DNA of 64,000 nt from Ramazzottius varieornatus. Taxonomy: Eukaryota; Animalia; Tardigrada. The translations under genes were made by a program, and so were the position numbers. Location of the stretch: the NCBI GenBank assembly GCA_001949185.1, contig BDGG01000020.1, positions 285,597 to 349,596 of the forward strand, in the 5' to 3' direction. A model generated the notes under the pieces. It had not been told where the DNA came from. It worked only from the letters and a program-made list of their open reading frames with translations, and did no database searches. Position 1 is the stretch's first letter. Each line of letters begins with the position of its first letter. Below are positions 22,401 through 36,000 of the stretch, piece by piece.

Positions 22401-25400
22401 TCATTGCATCGATCTACGCAACTTTCCCTTCATCAAGCATCGAAAGATCTTCGCCATGCTGATCGCTTTTCGATCTAACTACATGATGAAGAAGGCTGTC
22501 GAGGTCTTACCGCAAACACAACGTGGGCTGTACAAGCAACCGGTCATTTTGAATTCCTTCAGAGGCCACTTGCAGCGAGTTACGCAAATTCAAGTGGTGT
22601 TCGGGAAGAAAATCATTATCACGGGATCGGAAGACTGTTCGGTTCGGCTTTGGCATTTCTCCGGCCTTTACATCGGCGTAAGTCTTTCCAGGCAGTGTTC
22701 GGGTAACACGATCGCAGTGAGCTGTCCTTTGCAGACATTGGGACAAGAAGCCGCTTTTAAAAACGACACCAGGCCGACGGAAGAGCTTCCTGGAGATGAA
22801 TCATCCCACACGGTATCATCCCTCAAGGCTTCCAATTCCGCCAACTCAGCATCGCTTCCCGTCGAAGACAGTAACACCTCGACTGTTGAAGTTAAAGTGG
22901 CCGACTTCCTCCATGAGGACGAAGACCCGAACAAGGTCCTGCTCAAGCCCAAAGTCGTCATCCCCCACGACATAGCTGAGAAGGGCAGTCTGGCTACCCT
23001 TCAAGTGTTGTACAGTGATAGGCACAAACGGACGATCATCCCGGCTTACATCGAGGAAGCTGAGCAAGGTAATCTGGCCTATATGATTTACGAAGACACA
23101 CGGGTAATATCTTCGGGTTGTGACAGGGAATGCCGTCACGGAGAGCACAAGTCAAACTGCGTGGTTCGAATCCAAAGAAGACTACATGGAGGCGTTGGGT
23201 GAGTTGGCTGTCGAGAAGAACAAGTTTGAAGAGCTGAAGACGGCGCCTGTGAGGTTTTACGGAGACCCGCATGCTGCGGAGACTAATCAAGAGGGAACCT
23301 ACGACGAAGAAACGCTGATCTTCAACCAACAACCGCTGCAAGTAGTCGAACCTGTCGGCGGACTGGAAACGCTCATACCTAAAAACCTTTACGGATACCA
23401 TTTACACAAGGTAAGATATGCATCTGTTCCTGTGTTCCTAAGTTTTCATTCTGGCTGTATGTGGTAGGTTCAGGAAGAGCTACTGGACATGTTGCCGGTT
23501 GAGCTCAGGAAGCCCTACGTTGAACTGAAACAAGCTGGGCTGTTGATAGGTGCAGCTCTGGAAGAACTGCGGGCGGTTATCCAGCAGCGGCAGCAGAGCC
23601 TAGCTAGGCCGAGAATGACTGCTATGCCAAAGAACCGCAACATGGAGAAGCGAGTGCGGATGAAGGGAGTCGCCAAGTCCGTCACCAATGATCAGAAAAA
23701 ATCGAAAATTCCGAAAAGGTCTGGACATACCGATCGACCCTCGGGGCCTACTGCTGGAAGAGGAGACTCAGTACTGACGTACGATCAAAAAGGTATACAT
23801 GAAGGGGTTGGTAGAAATAACTGTAGAAAATTTCCGCGGCTATCCTTACTACGCGCGTGCCTGCAGGAGCGCGAGGGACATCAAAGCATTGCAGGATGTA
23901 AAACTTAAAGTGTCTGAAAGTTGATCAATCTTAACCTTTTTTTCATTTGTGGTAGGAAGTGCAGCAGAAGGAACTGCCGGTGACCGTTTTCGCAGTACCG
24001 TCCTTCAGGTTTTATCTCGCAAAGGTACAAAGAAGCGCCAAGATGCCAGCGGGGACCAACGGAACGTCACCACGCTCGCCTACGTATCCACAGCCTTTCG
24101 TACATCATCCAAAGTCTCTGGTTTGCAGCCTAACCAAGCCGATAACTACAAGGACGAGGAGGATCAGACCGGTCGACAAAGTGGTACACAGTCGATGCCC
24201 GACAAAGGCGACACCGATGAGCAGAAGCGAAAGTCAACTGGACTCAGGGATCGTGCGTCTCAAGAGCGGATCTCAACCAGGACTTCAGTGGTGGATTACA
24301 ACCAGGACTTCCTCAACGCTGATCGGATCGACATTGGACAACTTCGTGCGTCGGAGGAAGAGTTTGCGGAAGACTTGATGAGGGAACAAGAACGGAATGC
24401 CAAGTTTGATTACTTAGCTTTGCTGGAAGGTTCGTGCAAAAGTTCTTAGTGTAAAGTTGACGCTGAAGATACACGACAACGTCCACGTTTAGATGTTTGC
24501 TCATTACGTATTTTGAACTGGTCTAATAGCGTAGATTTACGAAGTTTTACGTGGTTTATGGTGAAGTCTTTCTGATGCTGTAGGTGGCATGGCTAGACCA
24601 AGTCAGATCGATCAATATATGCCAATCGTGCAGAACGACGGGGAATTGTTCAACGAGATCAAACCGATGCTGCGATCCAGAAACCTCTTTGACGTCCGAC
24701 CAAGTCGTCCCTTTAGGAAAAAAGTCACAGTTAGGGGGGCCAAGAGTGTCAGCTCCATGGACCGGATCCAAAGAGTCTTCAAGGTGAAAATGACTGATCA
24801 ATTCCGTATCAAGTCGGAGTATTTAAAACTAGTGTTGTCTCTCAGTTGATATCAACCGTACTTAGCAAAGTACGTTAGTGTGGACCAGAAAACTCTGTAA
24901 AAATATTCACCTTTCGATTTTCACAGGTACCCGATTTCAACGGCGAAGTACAGGCGAAGGACATGTCGAAAGAGCTCCACCTCACAGTCCCTCCCGCTCC
25001 CCGTCGTCTTCCCAGTGTCATAAAAGGCCAATTTCGTAACGGTCAACGCAAATCTTCATTTTATAACTTCCACGAGCTCGATGAAGCGCCCAGTCCACTC
25101 GGCGGAACACAGCTATGGGGCGACCAAGAGTCGTTAGCTATCTTCAACCTTGACGTACAGGTACTGCAGACCCATATCAAGACACCGGCTTTTCCAGATC
25201 CAGAATCTCCTGAGAACGCGAAAGACCAAAAGAAGGGCAGCAAGAAGGGAGAAACGACTGATATCAGCAAAGCCTTACATCAACGCGAGAAGGTTCTTCC
25301 CAAGCAGCGACCCTTTACTAACCGGTATATTTACCGACAGTTGTCCGATTCGGTCATACATCAGCCTGTACCAGGTGAAGCTCGTCTCGACGAACTGGTT

Positions 25401-25670
25401 GTGGGGTTGGACGCATTTGTGGAATCGAGTAAAGGTCATAAAGAGCGGGAAGAAAAGTCGAAGAGAGAAACAAGCAGGCTTAATCAGGAGCTACACGAAA
25501 CCCAGAGAAGAAGTCACCAGGCTTCGAAGGCCAAATCAGCCGCGAAAAAGAAACAGGAAGCTATGGTGAGAGGGATACCTTCTGACAGATCTTTCAGTGA
25601 TTTGAGTAAAATGTTGGATGAGGTGGACTCGGTTGAGATGGAGTTTGTGCAAGAAAACTTGGCAATGTGA
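16407..25670 (+). CDS. Large multi-exon EF-hand plus WD40-repeat protein (WDY/EFCAB8/WDR49/WDR64-like); 5' structure uncertain
   Basis: EF loops DTDDEPGLDINE and DANCDGNVDWNE (~17710-17855). WD repeats IVTGSKNRSIQVWN, GHEGPI..LKVWD, IMVWNVQTGEKIIQF, VKFWNFNNGACL, GHLQRVT..ITGSEDCSVRLW. GT-AG junctions throughout and stop at 25668-25670. Confidence 0.8.
17408..17478 (+). repeat. (AGC)3AGT 12-bp-period microsatellite encoding poly-Ser
   Basis: AGCAGCAGCAGT repeated about six times within ORF 17231-17539. Confidence 0.95.
19541..19680. mobile_element. Intronic MITE with ~40-bp imperfect TIRs
   Basis: Left CTGTATTCCCTTAAAAGTTCTGCGCAGTCACATGAC versus reverse complement of right end CAGTATTCCTTCGAAATTTTTGCGCAGTTACATGAC; TA on the left flank. 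Confidence 0.75.
20524..20700. mobile_element. Degenerate intronic MITE
   Basis: AAAATTATGGGA..GGC and GCC..TCCCATAATTTT inverted subterminal match with TA at both ends. Confidence 0.5.
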
Positions 25671-26100
25671 TGATGGAATTCATTTGTCGTGGGCTTTCAT
25701 CCTGCCTGCAAGTGAATAGTTTGTTTGCAGCAGGTGCCCTACATGGACAAAATCGGGTCTTTTTGGTCTTCGTTGTTAATAGTTCGTAATAGCTAGTTTT
25801 AATTAGGTTGTACGTTTCGATCTACTCAGGCTAGGCCAGTCTGGTATTAGTAGTATTGTGTGAGTTACCATTCAATTGGTAAGTGCAAACAGGCTTGGCA
25901 AGAAGGTCCGGCTGATTACTTGTTTCTGTTCGATAGTCCTGGTACCAGTCTGCAGTTCTTTGTTCTTGGCCAATGCAGTGGAACGAATCGTGTGAGATTA
26001 TAGCGAGGATGGTACTGATAGCTCCGCATAACATGCACTAGCCTTTCCGATTGTTCACGTTCTACTTGGCTCGTCAAGGAGTCCACGTATCGCAAGATCT

Positions 26101-26326
26101 GGGCTCTGGGCAAAGTTCCTCAGAAGTCTGGGGTCATGGTGTAGAGGCAAAGTCGAGGAAATTTGGGCAAGGGCCAGGGTAACTCAAGGGCGAGGGCCGG
26201 GGTTTGCCATGTGGAGGCCGACAATTCTTAAGAAAATCCCGAAACCCTCGCTTGCCCTTCTCAAATTTCGTCAGCTGTGCCTCTACGATATGACCCCAGA
26301 CTTTTCCGGAACCTTGGCCACAGCCC
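26101..26326. mobile_element. MITE with ~80-bp imperfect TIRs
   Basis: GGGCT...AAGTCTGGGGTCAT..GTAGAGGCA and TGCCTCTAC..ATGACCCCAGACTT...AGCCC, flanked by ATCT on both sides (possible 4-bp TSD). Confidence 0.8.
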
Positions 26327-28368
26327 ATCTATTGTCGGTTTGTGGATCTGGCTGGCCCCAGCTCTCGGCGTCATGGATTTGGACAACTGTGGATGGCTGT
26401 GGGCGGGAGTATTAGGAAAACCGGTAAGTGCAAAAACACGCCTTTGAAGTTGGCCGGTAGGTACGTTGGTTTAAGACACTGTATCAGGCAAGAGTTTAGC
26501 GCTGGAAGTTTTCGTGCAGACAGACCAAAATAACTAATCTGATTGCTCTCGATGCAGCCTTAGTAGAAATCTGACCGTATGCACGTTTGTTCTGAACCTG
26601 TCTACAGTGTAAGAAGAAGCAATCAGTATCATCCGCCCAGTTTATACGCGAAACGTTTTGCCTCCGAACGACCCGTGTTTGAAATCTGGTGGTTGCAAAT
26701 GTGTGTTAAGTCAGCCGAACCAAAACTCTACACCGTTTCAAGAAAGTACTCTTGAACGTTTCCGAGGTGACTACTGTCTGTACGAACGGTTGACCAACTT
26801 GACTTTGCTAATCCAAATCGGCGAAATTTGATTCTTTTGTACGCGCTCACGCTTATGCCCTTCCAATCGCTCGATCTCCGTTTCATACCTACGCCAAAGT
26901 TTGGCTGTGGTAGCAGGAAAGTAATTTCGAATTAGAAAAGTGCCGGGGTCCGAGAGTGCAAACTGAAACTAGCCTGTTGACGTCAAGAGCACCGCACACA
27001 GTATCCAGATTGCTTGTAGCAAAAGATCCAATCAGCCGTGATCTCCCCGACATCAGGACGATCAAGACCAAAAGTGGACAACTTCAAATGGGAAAGTCAT
27101 GGCGCTGAAAATAATTTCTGAATGTTGGGGCGATGATGCGTTGAGCGAGTTCTGTACACTGACAACTCTTACTTCTTTATTACTGTACGTCATTGACACC
27201 GTGGGTCGATAGGGAGGGTGCGGTGTATCTCGAAATCACTTATGAAAAACCGAGCAAACGTATTGAGTGCAGAAGTATGACTTGTCACTCCTGGAAACAC
27301 GTCAATTTTGTAAAACTCATACAGTAATACTTCTCACTTCTTCAGTACGTCACAAGGATGAGCTTTTTAATCGTGAGAGTGCAGTCAGATCCGAATTTTC
27401 TTCAGGAGACTGAAGTAATCGTAGAGAAAAACCAAGGATACCGCTCCACAGCACGGCAAGGTGTCACGTGACAGTGTGATTACGCATACTTGTGCCAAAC
27501 GCAATCCCCCTACTGGCTAGCTTCAGCTTGTAGATATCGTCCCTGTGACGTATTGTAGAAGTGAGAACTATTATTGTAGTTACACTCCCCCTTGCTCTTT
27601 TGTCTTGGAGTTCTTTCCTATCACTTTGCCAGCTCCTGACCACCGTTTGGCGTTCTACTGTTCTATGTTTCTGAGCTCCGCCGTAAAGCTGTAATAATTT
27701 TGTCTGGAGACTGATGAACTGCGTACTGGCCTAAGAACAGCAGGAAATTTCGATCGTGAGCGGCACCGAAGGAAAGTTATGGTTCCACCGAAAGAAAGGT
27801 ATGGTTACTGTCTGGTTCCAATCTTGCAGTCTAGACAGCTATGAATCCTTCTGCCCGGCGTAACGTGGCCGCGGAATAGACCTCTGGAGCGCGGAAGAAT
27901 GATAAAAGAACTTGCCTTTCACTAAACGATATCAATCAGTCGACTCAAATCAACACTGTTGCAAGTCGGCTCTAGAGTGCGCACTGAACAGAACGCTACC
28001 GCAATAACTGCAGAAGGTGAAAGTGAAAGCTCTCCTTCGCACACAAGGAAGAGGAGACCTGATACTAAAGAATCAGAGTCGAAAAATCAGAGAAAATCCA
28101 GCGAGAAAGAAAAATGTCTTCCAGAGAAGCTGCAAAAAATGGCTGTAGAGAGTTTCTTTTCTCTTCCTTCCTGCTCCTACAGTAAGGACATGAATTCGCT
28201 CCCAAAAAATGACTAAAGCACACGTGTATCTTACTAGTACGGTGGATGACCTGATCAAGAATTGCGAGGTTCGAAGTGGGTAAATTTTTTGAAAGTTTCG
28301 TCAGAGGAGTAACAAGTTATACTTACCGCACTTTGATAGAAGATGATCACGTTTTCCGCTGTGCAGTA

Positions 28369-28506
28369 CACGCGCCTGCCCTAAATGTGGGGACGGACAA
28401 AAATGTGGAGAACGGCGGCTGTGCTCCGATTGTTTTAGTTGATTGGACAACCTCAGCTGGCCCGTGCTGCTTTCGCTCTGTTCCCCACATTTATGGCAGG
28501 CGCGTG
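28369..28506. mobile_element. Tc1/mariner-type MITE (138 bp)
   Basis: TA|CACGCGCCTGCCCTAAATGTGGGGA...TCCCCACATTTATGGCAGGCGCGTG|TA. Confidence 0.85.
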
Positions 28507-29538
28507 TACGGCATTACGGCAAGTTGTCAAGATGTTATCATGACGCATAACACTCACTAGGTCGCTTCCGCGTGTATTAATAGAAACCCACTTTGCGACG
28601 TACTAAAGAAGTAAGAATATTCAGTGCAGCTAATTCTGTCAGGTGCGGAACTGTCACTTGCAACATCTCGGGGAACAGTTTTCAAATTTTTTCTGTAATT
28701 TGGCCGTTGCCCTTTCTCTTCTTCCCTATGCTATATGTTGTCCGCCAACATTCTCCCCTTTTCTGCGGTAACAAACAGCTCAGTGCGTTGACAACAGGCA
28801 GAGCGTTCAGTTTAAAACCGCAGGAGGGTAATTGTTTTCTCCTTTTCTGATTTTTTTCTCCGCGCCCTGGCTCAACAGATGTTGAAGCCAGTCACACCGT
28901 GAATTAGAAGAGGGCTAGATCTTCATAATGGCAGCCAGAAGTTACCTTACTGCGACTTCTCAAATTTGAAAAGCAAGAATCTCCTTTTTTTCAGGTGCAA
29001 ATCGACCTGCAAAATGCGCCACTTTAGCGGGTGGCGAGAATTAAATTTGTCCTGCCTCATGGGCTTCTTGTACTGCATACTCTCCCGAAATTCACGTACG
29101 TCACTCCATTTAGAGTGTAAAACTAGACGGTAAGACCCCAATGATTCGAGAATCAGTGACGTACGTGAATTTCTGGAGAGCATACAGTAAGCTTTCGGTG
29201 GGCTGCTCAGCAGATACGACAGGGTGGGCTCTATGTACAACCGAAGGCGGTCCGCGATTGAACTCTTCCGGTCAGTTTTGCTGTTCTGCACAAAACGGCC
29301 AGTTTTGCTAAACTGATTTTGCAGCACGACTGGCATTGACGATTTAACTATGCAAAACCAAAGTCGAAAGTTGAATGATCGTGCATGACGGTGCAAAAGA
29401 TTTGGAGGCAAACGCTTGTCCCGAAAGAGAAGCATAATTTTTTACTTTGACGTTGGGAAAAAAGTTGCAAGTTACACTTCCGCACCTAATAGCAAGTTGT
29501 CTCGACCGCTGAAAAGGCACAAGAGACCAGAAGCCGTA

Positions 29539-31802
29539 AGGTCGGGATCACAACAGGGAGCGGAGCACTCTCGTACAGAGAAATTTCTGAGCCGCTGCCC
29601 AGATCCCTTCCTAGAGAAAATCTTGAGCGATCTTTCGACTTCGGAAATCGTTTTGCATGTTTTGATTGACAGGATTTGCTCTTGGTCATCCCGCCATCGG
29701 GGATATTTTTCTTGATTGTCCGCACGCTACAGACCAACCCGCCCACCGTGGACTTTGGACTCTGACGTCAGTCAACCTGTTTTGAAAGTTTTGTCCCATA
29801 CTTCCGCGTTTTACATCGGGTACCACAGCAAGCGCCCAAGCCGTCCGCAGTCTTTACAGGAAAAGTTCTACGTTGTAATAAGGGTTCGGCTAATTTATGG
29901 TAATGGGGGATAACTATTTTGTTTAAATCTACAAAGTATTACGGGCGTGGGACGAATTTCGTAATCAAGCGGGACACGGTAAAGACACTAAAACGGAAGC
30001 AAAGCTAGGTCTTTGTCATCGTCAAGATCTTGAACCAGGGGCTCCAGGTCTCCGCCCTCTTCAGCAACGTCCTCATCGGCTTGCTCGTCACCAACTGCCT
30101 CAATGCGGTCTTCCTTTGTGTCGATATCTCGGTAGTCATCCTCAAGCTTGATGCAACGGGCGAAGAGCTTGGGGAAGTCTTCTGGCTTGAAGATATCAGC
30201 AGATTCTTCCCACAGCTTGATCAGGTCAGGCAGCTTTCTGGTGGGGCAGATCCAACCAATGGTTTGCGAGATATACTCAAAAAACTCAATTTTGACCCAC
30301 TTTTTTTACTTTTCTCAAAATCAAGCCACTTGATTGACCTAATGCAACGAGCAAATCTCTTCCGAATGAAAAGACCATCAAAACACATCATACAAAATTC
30401 GATTGATTGATTTGACAGACTGGCTTCTCGTAGTTTTGGTAGTTGAAATTCCCGTGGTAGTCCTCAGTGTGCTTTGAGGCTTCCCAGATAAGTCCACATC
30501 CGGGAACGAATCCCCTATCCGTCACCACATCGAAAATGACCAGACGTTTTCCCGATCCACTTGGATGCGACTGTCCGCAGTCCTTGCACAGGATTTCGGC
30601 TGTGCCGGTGGATTTTTCTTTGTCGAGTTCGATCCAACTCTTGCGAAACTGGTAGTTCTCGTTTAACCAAGTCTCATCCAGGAAGGCAATCAAGGCATTC
30701 TTCTGTCGAAATGTAACGGATACGCCTGACTTTGAGGCTTGGGTTACCAAACAGGTGTCTAGTGGACCGATCCCGATGTCGGAAGCCCATTCGACGTAAC
30801 ACACGATACATCGTGGATTTCGACACCTTAACACCGACTTCCTCCTCCACCAATGGCAGTAGAGATTCCACCGTGATGTGTATCTTACTCTTGTACTCGC
30901 GGTGAATGATCGCACGAATTTTCCCGTATTCCGACTCCTTCAACAAGTGCCGACCGACGCCCGCGACACCCTCCATTTCTTCGGCCTCGACAACCGGGTC
31001 CAAGGTTTCATTTACGTCATCTTCCGGAACGGTGTTGCTCTCGGCTGCAGTTCCGCTCGGTGGACCAGTTATCAAAGCCCGGCTCGTAGTGATGTTCTGG
31101 ATGGTGCGTGGACTTCGCTGGCACAGATGCGCGATTGCCTTACGGCGACCTGCCAGAGTGGTCAGAGTATATTTATTCGACCCAAAAAACGACTGACCCA
31201 GCACTTTCCATAAATGAGCAATATGCCTCACATCCACGGGATACAGAGAAGAACTGGAAGACATCTCTCAGCTTCCTGTTAGTTTTGTCAGACTACAGTA
31301 TACGCTATTGTAGAATACTGTGGTGCATTTGAAAACTGAGGAGACGGTTTTCGCTTGTGTTTGATGGAAGCTCTTATCTCTCCAGTTTTTTCCTGGCTGA
31401 CTCTTCATACTTTCCAGCTGTGATAGGAGAAGACAGCAAAGAAGTTTTCTCGACTCTATCGTTTTCCAACGTGCAGCATGAAGGTCAGATGCCAGAAGGC
31501 CGATAAGAATATCGTCTGTGCCGGTACCTTTTACATTTCACGCACGCAACAGATTTCATTTTTTGCCTGCTGACGTCAGAGTCCAAAGACCACGGTGGGC
31601 GGGTTGGTCTGTAGCGTGCGGACAATCAAGAAAAATATCCCCGATGGCGGGATGACCAAGAGCAAATCCTGTCAATCAAAACATGCAAAACGATTTCCGA
31701 AGTCGAAAGATCGCTCAAGATTTTCTCTAGGAAGGGATCTGGGCAGCGGCTCAGAAATTTCTCTGTACGAGAGTGCTCCCCTCCCTGTTGTGATCCCGAC
31801 CG
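29539..31802 (-). mobile_element. IS630/Tc1/mariner-class transposon (Sailor/DD82E-like motifs), non-autonomous, 233-bp TIRs
   Basis: TIRs 29539-29771 and 31570-31802 with about 3 mismatches; TA TSD. Minus-strand transposase from 31264 has HTH (VSKSTMYRVLRRMGF), a frameshift near 30710, FLDETW, GSGKRLVI, GFVP and DYHGNFN. The middle of the catalytic domain is missing; an acidic C-terminus ends near 29990. Confidence 0.92.
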
Positions 31803-32835
31803 TAGTTTCATAGGCTCATTTTATTCTGTGCTCTGTACCTGTCCTTCAGTAGTTTCTTCCTCCTTTGCGGTTGTTTCTTCCTCTACTGCAGCCGTTTGTC
31901 CGTGTTATCCAGTTGTGTATGTAGGCCGCTGTAAGAAGTAAGATACTATTTGTTCTGCTTCTTTACCGTTTTTCTGTCTTCTGACGCTAAAATTCGCTCT
32001 ACAGATACACTTCAAAACCATTTTATTCCTCGTGCTAACAGGACGATTTAGTCAGAAACGTTCCCGTTAGTATTCGAACAAATTATTTTTTACCAGCATT
32101 CCTTGCTCATCAAAGCTGCCGATCATGTCCATGAAGGGCCCCAAATCCATCCAATCCGGAGGTCCGACGAGATACTATATACATCGCTCCACGTCGTCCC
32201 GATCCATGCAGAGCTGCAGACATTGCCCACACCAGGCTTGACCGCAGGCACCTCAAACAAACCCACGAAATTGAACGGCATGATCTTAGATTGGGCATTC
32301 AAGTAATTCGGCGCCCTTCCCTCCAGATGACATGGTAGAAGTTTCAACATGTCCAGCTCCGTGAAGCGGAACGCACAAAGCACCCTACAATACGCGAAGA
32401 ACTACCACGATGGAAAATCAAGGGAACCCGAATACATGGGTATCTGAAGAAGACAAGAAAGCTCATCCACAAGCAATCTGCACATTGACCGCAAGCCGAA
32501 CCGCAGTCAACAAGGCAATACTTGAGATCACTTTACAGGTCGATGGAGCACTACGCGAGGACGCGTAGGATCAGCGAGGAGGCTCTGTAAGGAGCTTATC
32601 TCGGCAGTGAAGCACTCGTGCTGAATCAGCACGAACACTTCACGTACTTCTAGAACTTTCTCTTTCATTCTGCTTCGCTGTCAAAGTATATAAACCGACT
32701 GTTCAGTAATAATCGGGGCGGCTTTTTCCTTTCCTTCTCTTGAGACCTAGCATTACTAATGAAGAAAACTCTCCCCAGTCAGTTCCCTTTTGATCCTAAT
32801 TCCTTCTTCATCGACCGACCTTGTAGGGTTCTTTT

Positions 32836-33096
32836 CTAGCCAGTGGAAGGCTTTACATCAGCGATGGAATTCTCGGCCCAATCGGGAAGTTTCGCTTTGC
32901 CACCGTGTGGACTTGGGTTGGGATGCACCATCTGGTTACGGATTGTGACTCTGGAAACGCTAAACTTCTTCGCGGCAGCATGCTGGTTGATCCCTTCCTC
33001 CTTCGTCGCCTTGATGGCAGTTTCCAACATCAGCTCCTTATGAAACTGAGCAGCAGTTTTGAGCTTACTTTGAACCTTACTTGTCGTAGCCATCAT
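32836..33096 (-). pseudogene. Isolated N-terminal psq-type HTH of a pogo-like transposase
   Basis: LETAIKATKEEGINQHAAAKKFSVSRVTIRNQM..PHGGKAKLP aligns by eye with the N-terminus of the transposase at 53040. Confidence 0.7.
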
Positions 33097-36000
33097 CGAT
33101 AACATGGAGAGACTAACGAGATAATCTTTTGTGAAATTTGGTCTTGCTGCGCGGAATTGACATGCTTAACATGCGTCGGAAATGCGTCAGAGGCTTTCTA
33201 GAGCATCCATTAATCACTTATGTTATCTTAAGAGTTGACCAGAACGGAGGTGTGACGTCTTAGCGTAAGTCTCCGTAAAAGACTACACAAGCGCCTCTTC
33301 AGGCCTACGTTTTATTTCTTGTCCAGGCTCTTTAACATTGGATTTTATCCTGTCTCCTGCATACCTTCCTTTCTCAACTTTGCACCGTCGAATGACTCGG
33401 AAGACGGCTTGGCTATGATCAGAAAGACTTTCTCTATTGACTGACTTACCGTACGACGCAATCTGACCAGCAGCTACGTTAAAACAACCTGGAAATTTTC
33501 ATGTCCGAAATTCTCACTGGAAAACTCCATGTCCTTTACCTCGTACAGATACTGGGGGGATATCATGTCTGCCAAAATCGACACACTAGTTACGGACCTT
33601 CGTTAATTTTGACCCGGTACTTGGATCATGCTTATCAACCATAATATCATCATGACTGGTAGCAAAATGTGAGTCTAGTTCAGCATGATCAGCGGTAAGG
33701 TGATTTCGCCCTGAAGTAGCTCACACAAAGCATCCTTCTGAAACGATAGACGGTCCGCGATGCTTTGACCGGTCGGCTAACAGAAGGATCAATTTCTATA
33801 GCGCTGATGGAGTACATCAGGGAGCGTCGGACACTTGGATTCTGTGTGCGCTAGTTAACGTCTACCAAACGCGCTACCAAACGGCGTCGTCTGGGTGTTC
33901 TACTAATGGTCACAAAACAGATTCAAAGGTACTTATCCCAGCAGAATGTACAAAGCGCAGCACCCGTGGTTGTCATGCCCCAACAGAAATGCTTTCGTAA
34001 AGTACCTACAGTCATCCCCGCACATATTGCATCATAGGTGATTTCACCGATGATTTCATCGCCATCTCAGTATCATACGTCGATGACTATTGTGTCTTAT
34101 CGTTCGTCCAACCTTTCGTATGTCGTGTATTTTTTGGTATTTAAGAAATGATCCTCGACTTGAACGAGGAAGTTCCTACCTCAGTCTGACTTTTACGCAA
34201 TGTCTGCTTTTATCAAGTAAAACTCTCCCCCCAAACATTCTCCATTGATCTGCTTAATTCACCGTCATCCAGTCGTAGTACTTTGCCTATCGACGTGAAG
34301 GTATTTGCCTTTACACTTTGATTAGTTGATAGTTCTTCAAATTGTGGCTCTTTTATCCTCAACTGCGGCTCTTGTTGCCGGTGACGACTTCTGTGCCTCG
34401 AGCTGAGAAGCGGAGTCGGCTAATGGACAGAAAGGGGGGGTCGTTGTTACCGCTGTGATTAGCCATAATAGAAACAGTAGAGACAGAGACGTTGACTAAT
34501 TCAGATAGCTTGGTGACTAGAGCAATTTCCTTTTGGGAAAAACAGAGTCGAAGTATCCATCGATATTGAGAGTGATAATGGTGGTTGCTCCCGATGCCGA
34601 CCAGAGTATTTTAGCCTATGAGCTAATGACCAAAGCGTCACGTGAAGAGGTCTTTGTGTCGGTATTGGACTATCATGTCATTAACCCGCAGTTGTGTGAA
34701 ATCTACTGCAATCACAAGGACGAAACCTTACTCCCGGAACGTTCAGTTCGCGACCGCGACGGCGTGCGACTTAGTCCAGTACGAGTGCCCAGCCCGCCAC
34801 GTTAGTGGAGGTACGTGAGTTTCCTTTACATGTCCTTTGGACATGGCGGCAAGTATTAACAAATGTCGGTTTGGGGTCTTCCATCAAACGCAAATGTACG
34901 CCTTCAAGATCAGTGTGGTGCTTCCCGCGATATTTCAGCATATTGGTAATACTGACTTTTCGGAAAATCAGATGATTGACACTGATGCTACTCCATCGAC
35001 TGCATCGTCCGACACTGTTTCGACAGCGTGAAACTTGTATCGTCACGGAGACGATTCCAATAACTTTTTCCTGTTGGAGGACGAGCGCAAGTGCTTAATT
35101 TCCGACGCGCCCCATTATTGCTAGCATTTATCCAACGTGTAGTCGTTCGTGGTTCGTTCAAGGGAGCAGCCGTTCCTGCGAATTTTCCGCATCTAGAAGA
35201 TGTTTTTATGCTACAATCAATGTTTATAGCTGTATCCGGCAACATGCCGCCGCGCACTCAGTATACCTGTCAAAACGTCGCCGGAGATACGCTTGATGAC
35301 GGTATTCATCTTCATCTGGATTTCGCAAGTGGCCCCCATCAACAATATCAATTTCTATACTTCTTGTTAAATTTGCGAGTGCTGTAGTGGATTATTTAAA
35401 ACGCGAACTTTCTAATCAACCACAAAAAAGACATCTCAGGACTGTTCAAGAGCTGATTTTTTTTTATTCAAATTTGTCGCCGCTGACATCTTTCAACTAC
35501 AATTCGTCACTTATGACTTTGAATCAGTTCGAAGCATGCTTGAACAGTTTCACTCTACCGAAAAGGCCTATTATTCCATTGGGATATATTATGCCTTAGA
35601 CATCAACTTGCCGGGGTTAAGCGAGCGGACAGTCTTTGGCTATGCTGCTCACCGCAACTGTCAACAGCTCTCATAACAATTCGTTAATGAGCTCCAACAG
35701 TGGCACATCTTCTATCGGAAGCAACAATCCGAACGCTACGACTACGCGTTAAATGTTTTAATGCATTCCATTATGAGAGACAATGGACCTGACACGGCTT
35801 TCAGCAGTAGTTAGCACAAGTCATGGGCGCGTCATCAGTTATGGCAAATAATTATTTCCTGGGCGTTTCAGAAGGTGTATCTCTACGCTGAGCATTACTG
35901 GTGCAATGGATCAGGTTAACATCTCAAACTGGTGCGACTGTATCAATACCCGCAGTGAAACATTCCAGCCGCAGCCCTGGCCGCTAACTCGAACCAGCTC

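Noticed and set aside
29416-31813. Near-identical ORF pairs (29486-29746 with 31595-31813; 29416-29715 with 31626-31811)
   Set aside because: Artefacts of translating the two TIRs.
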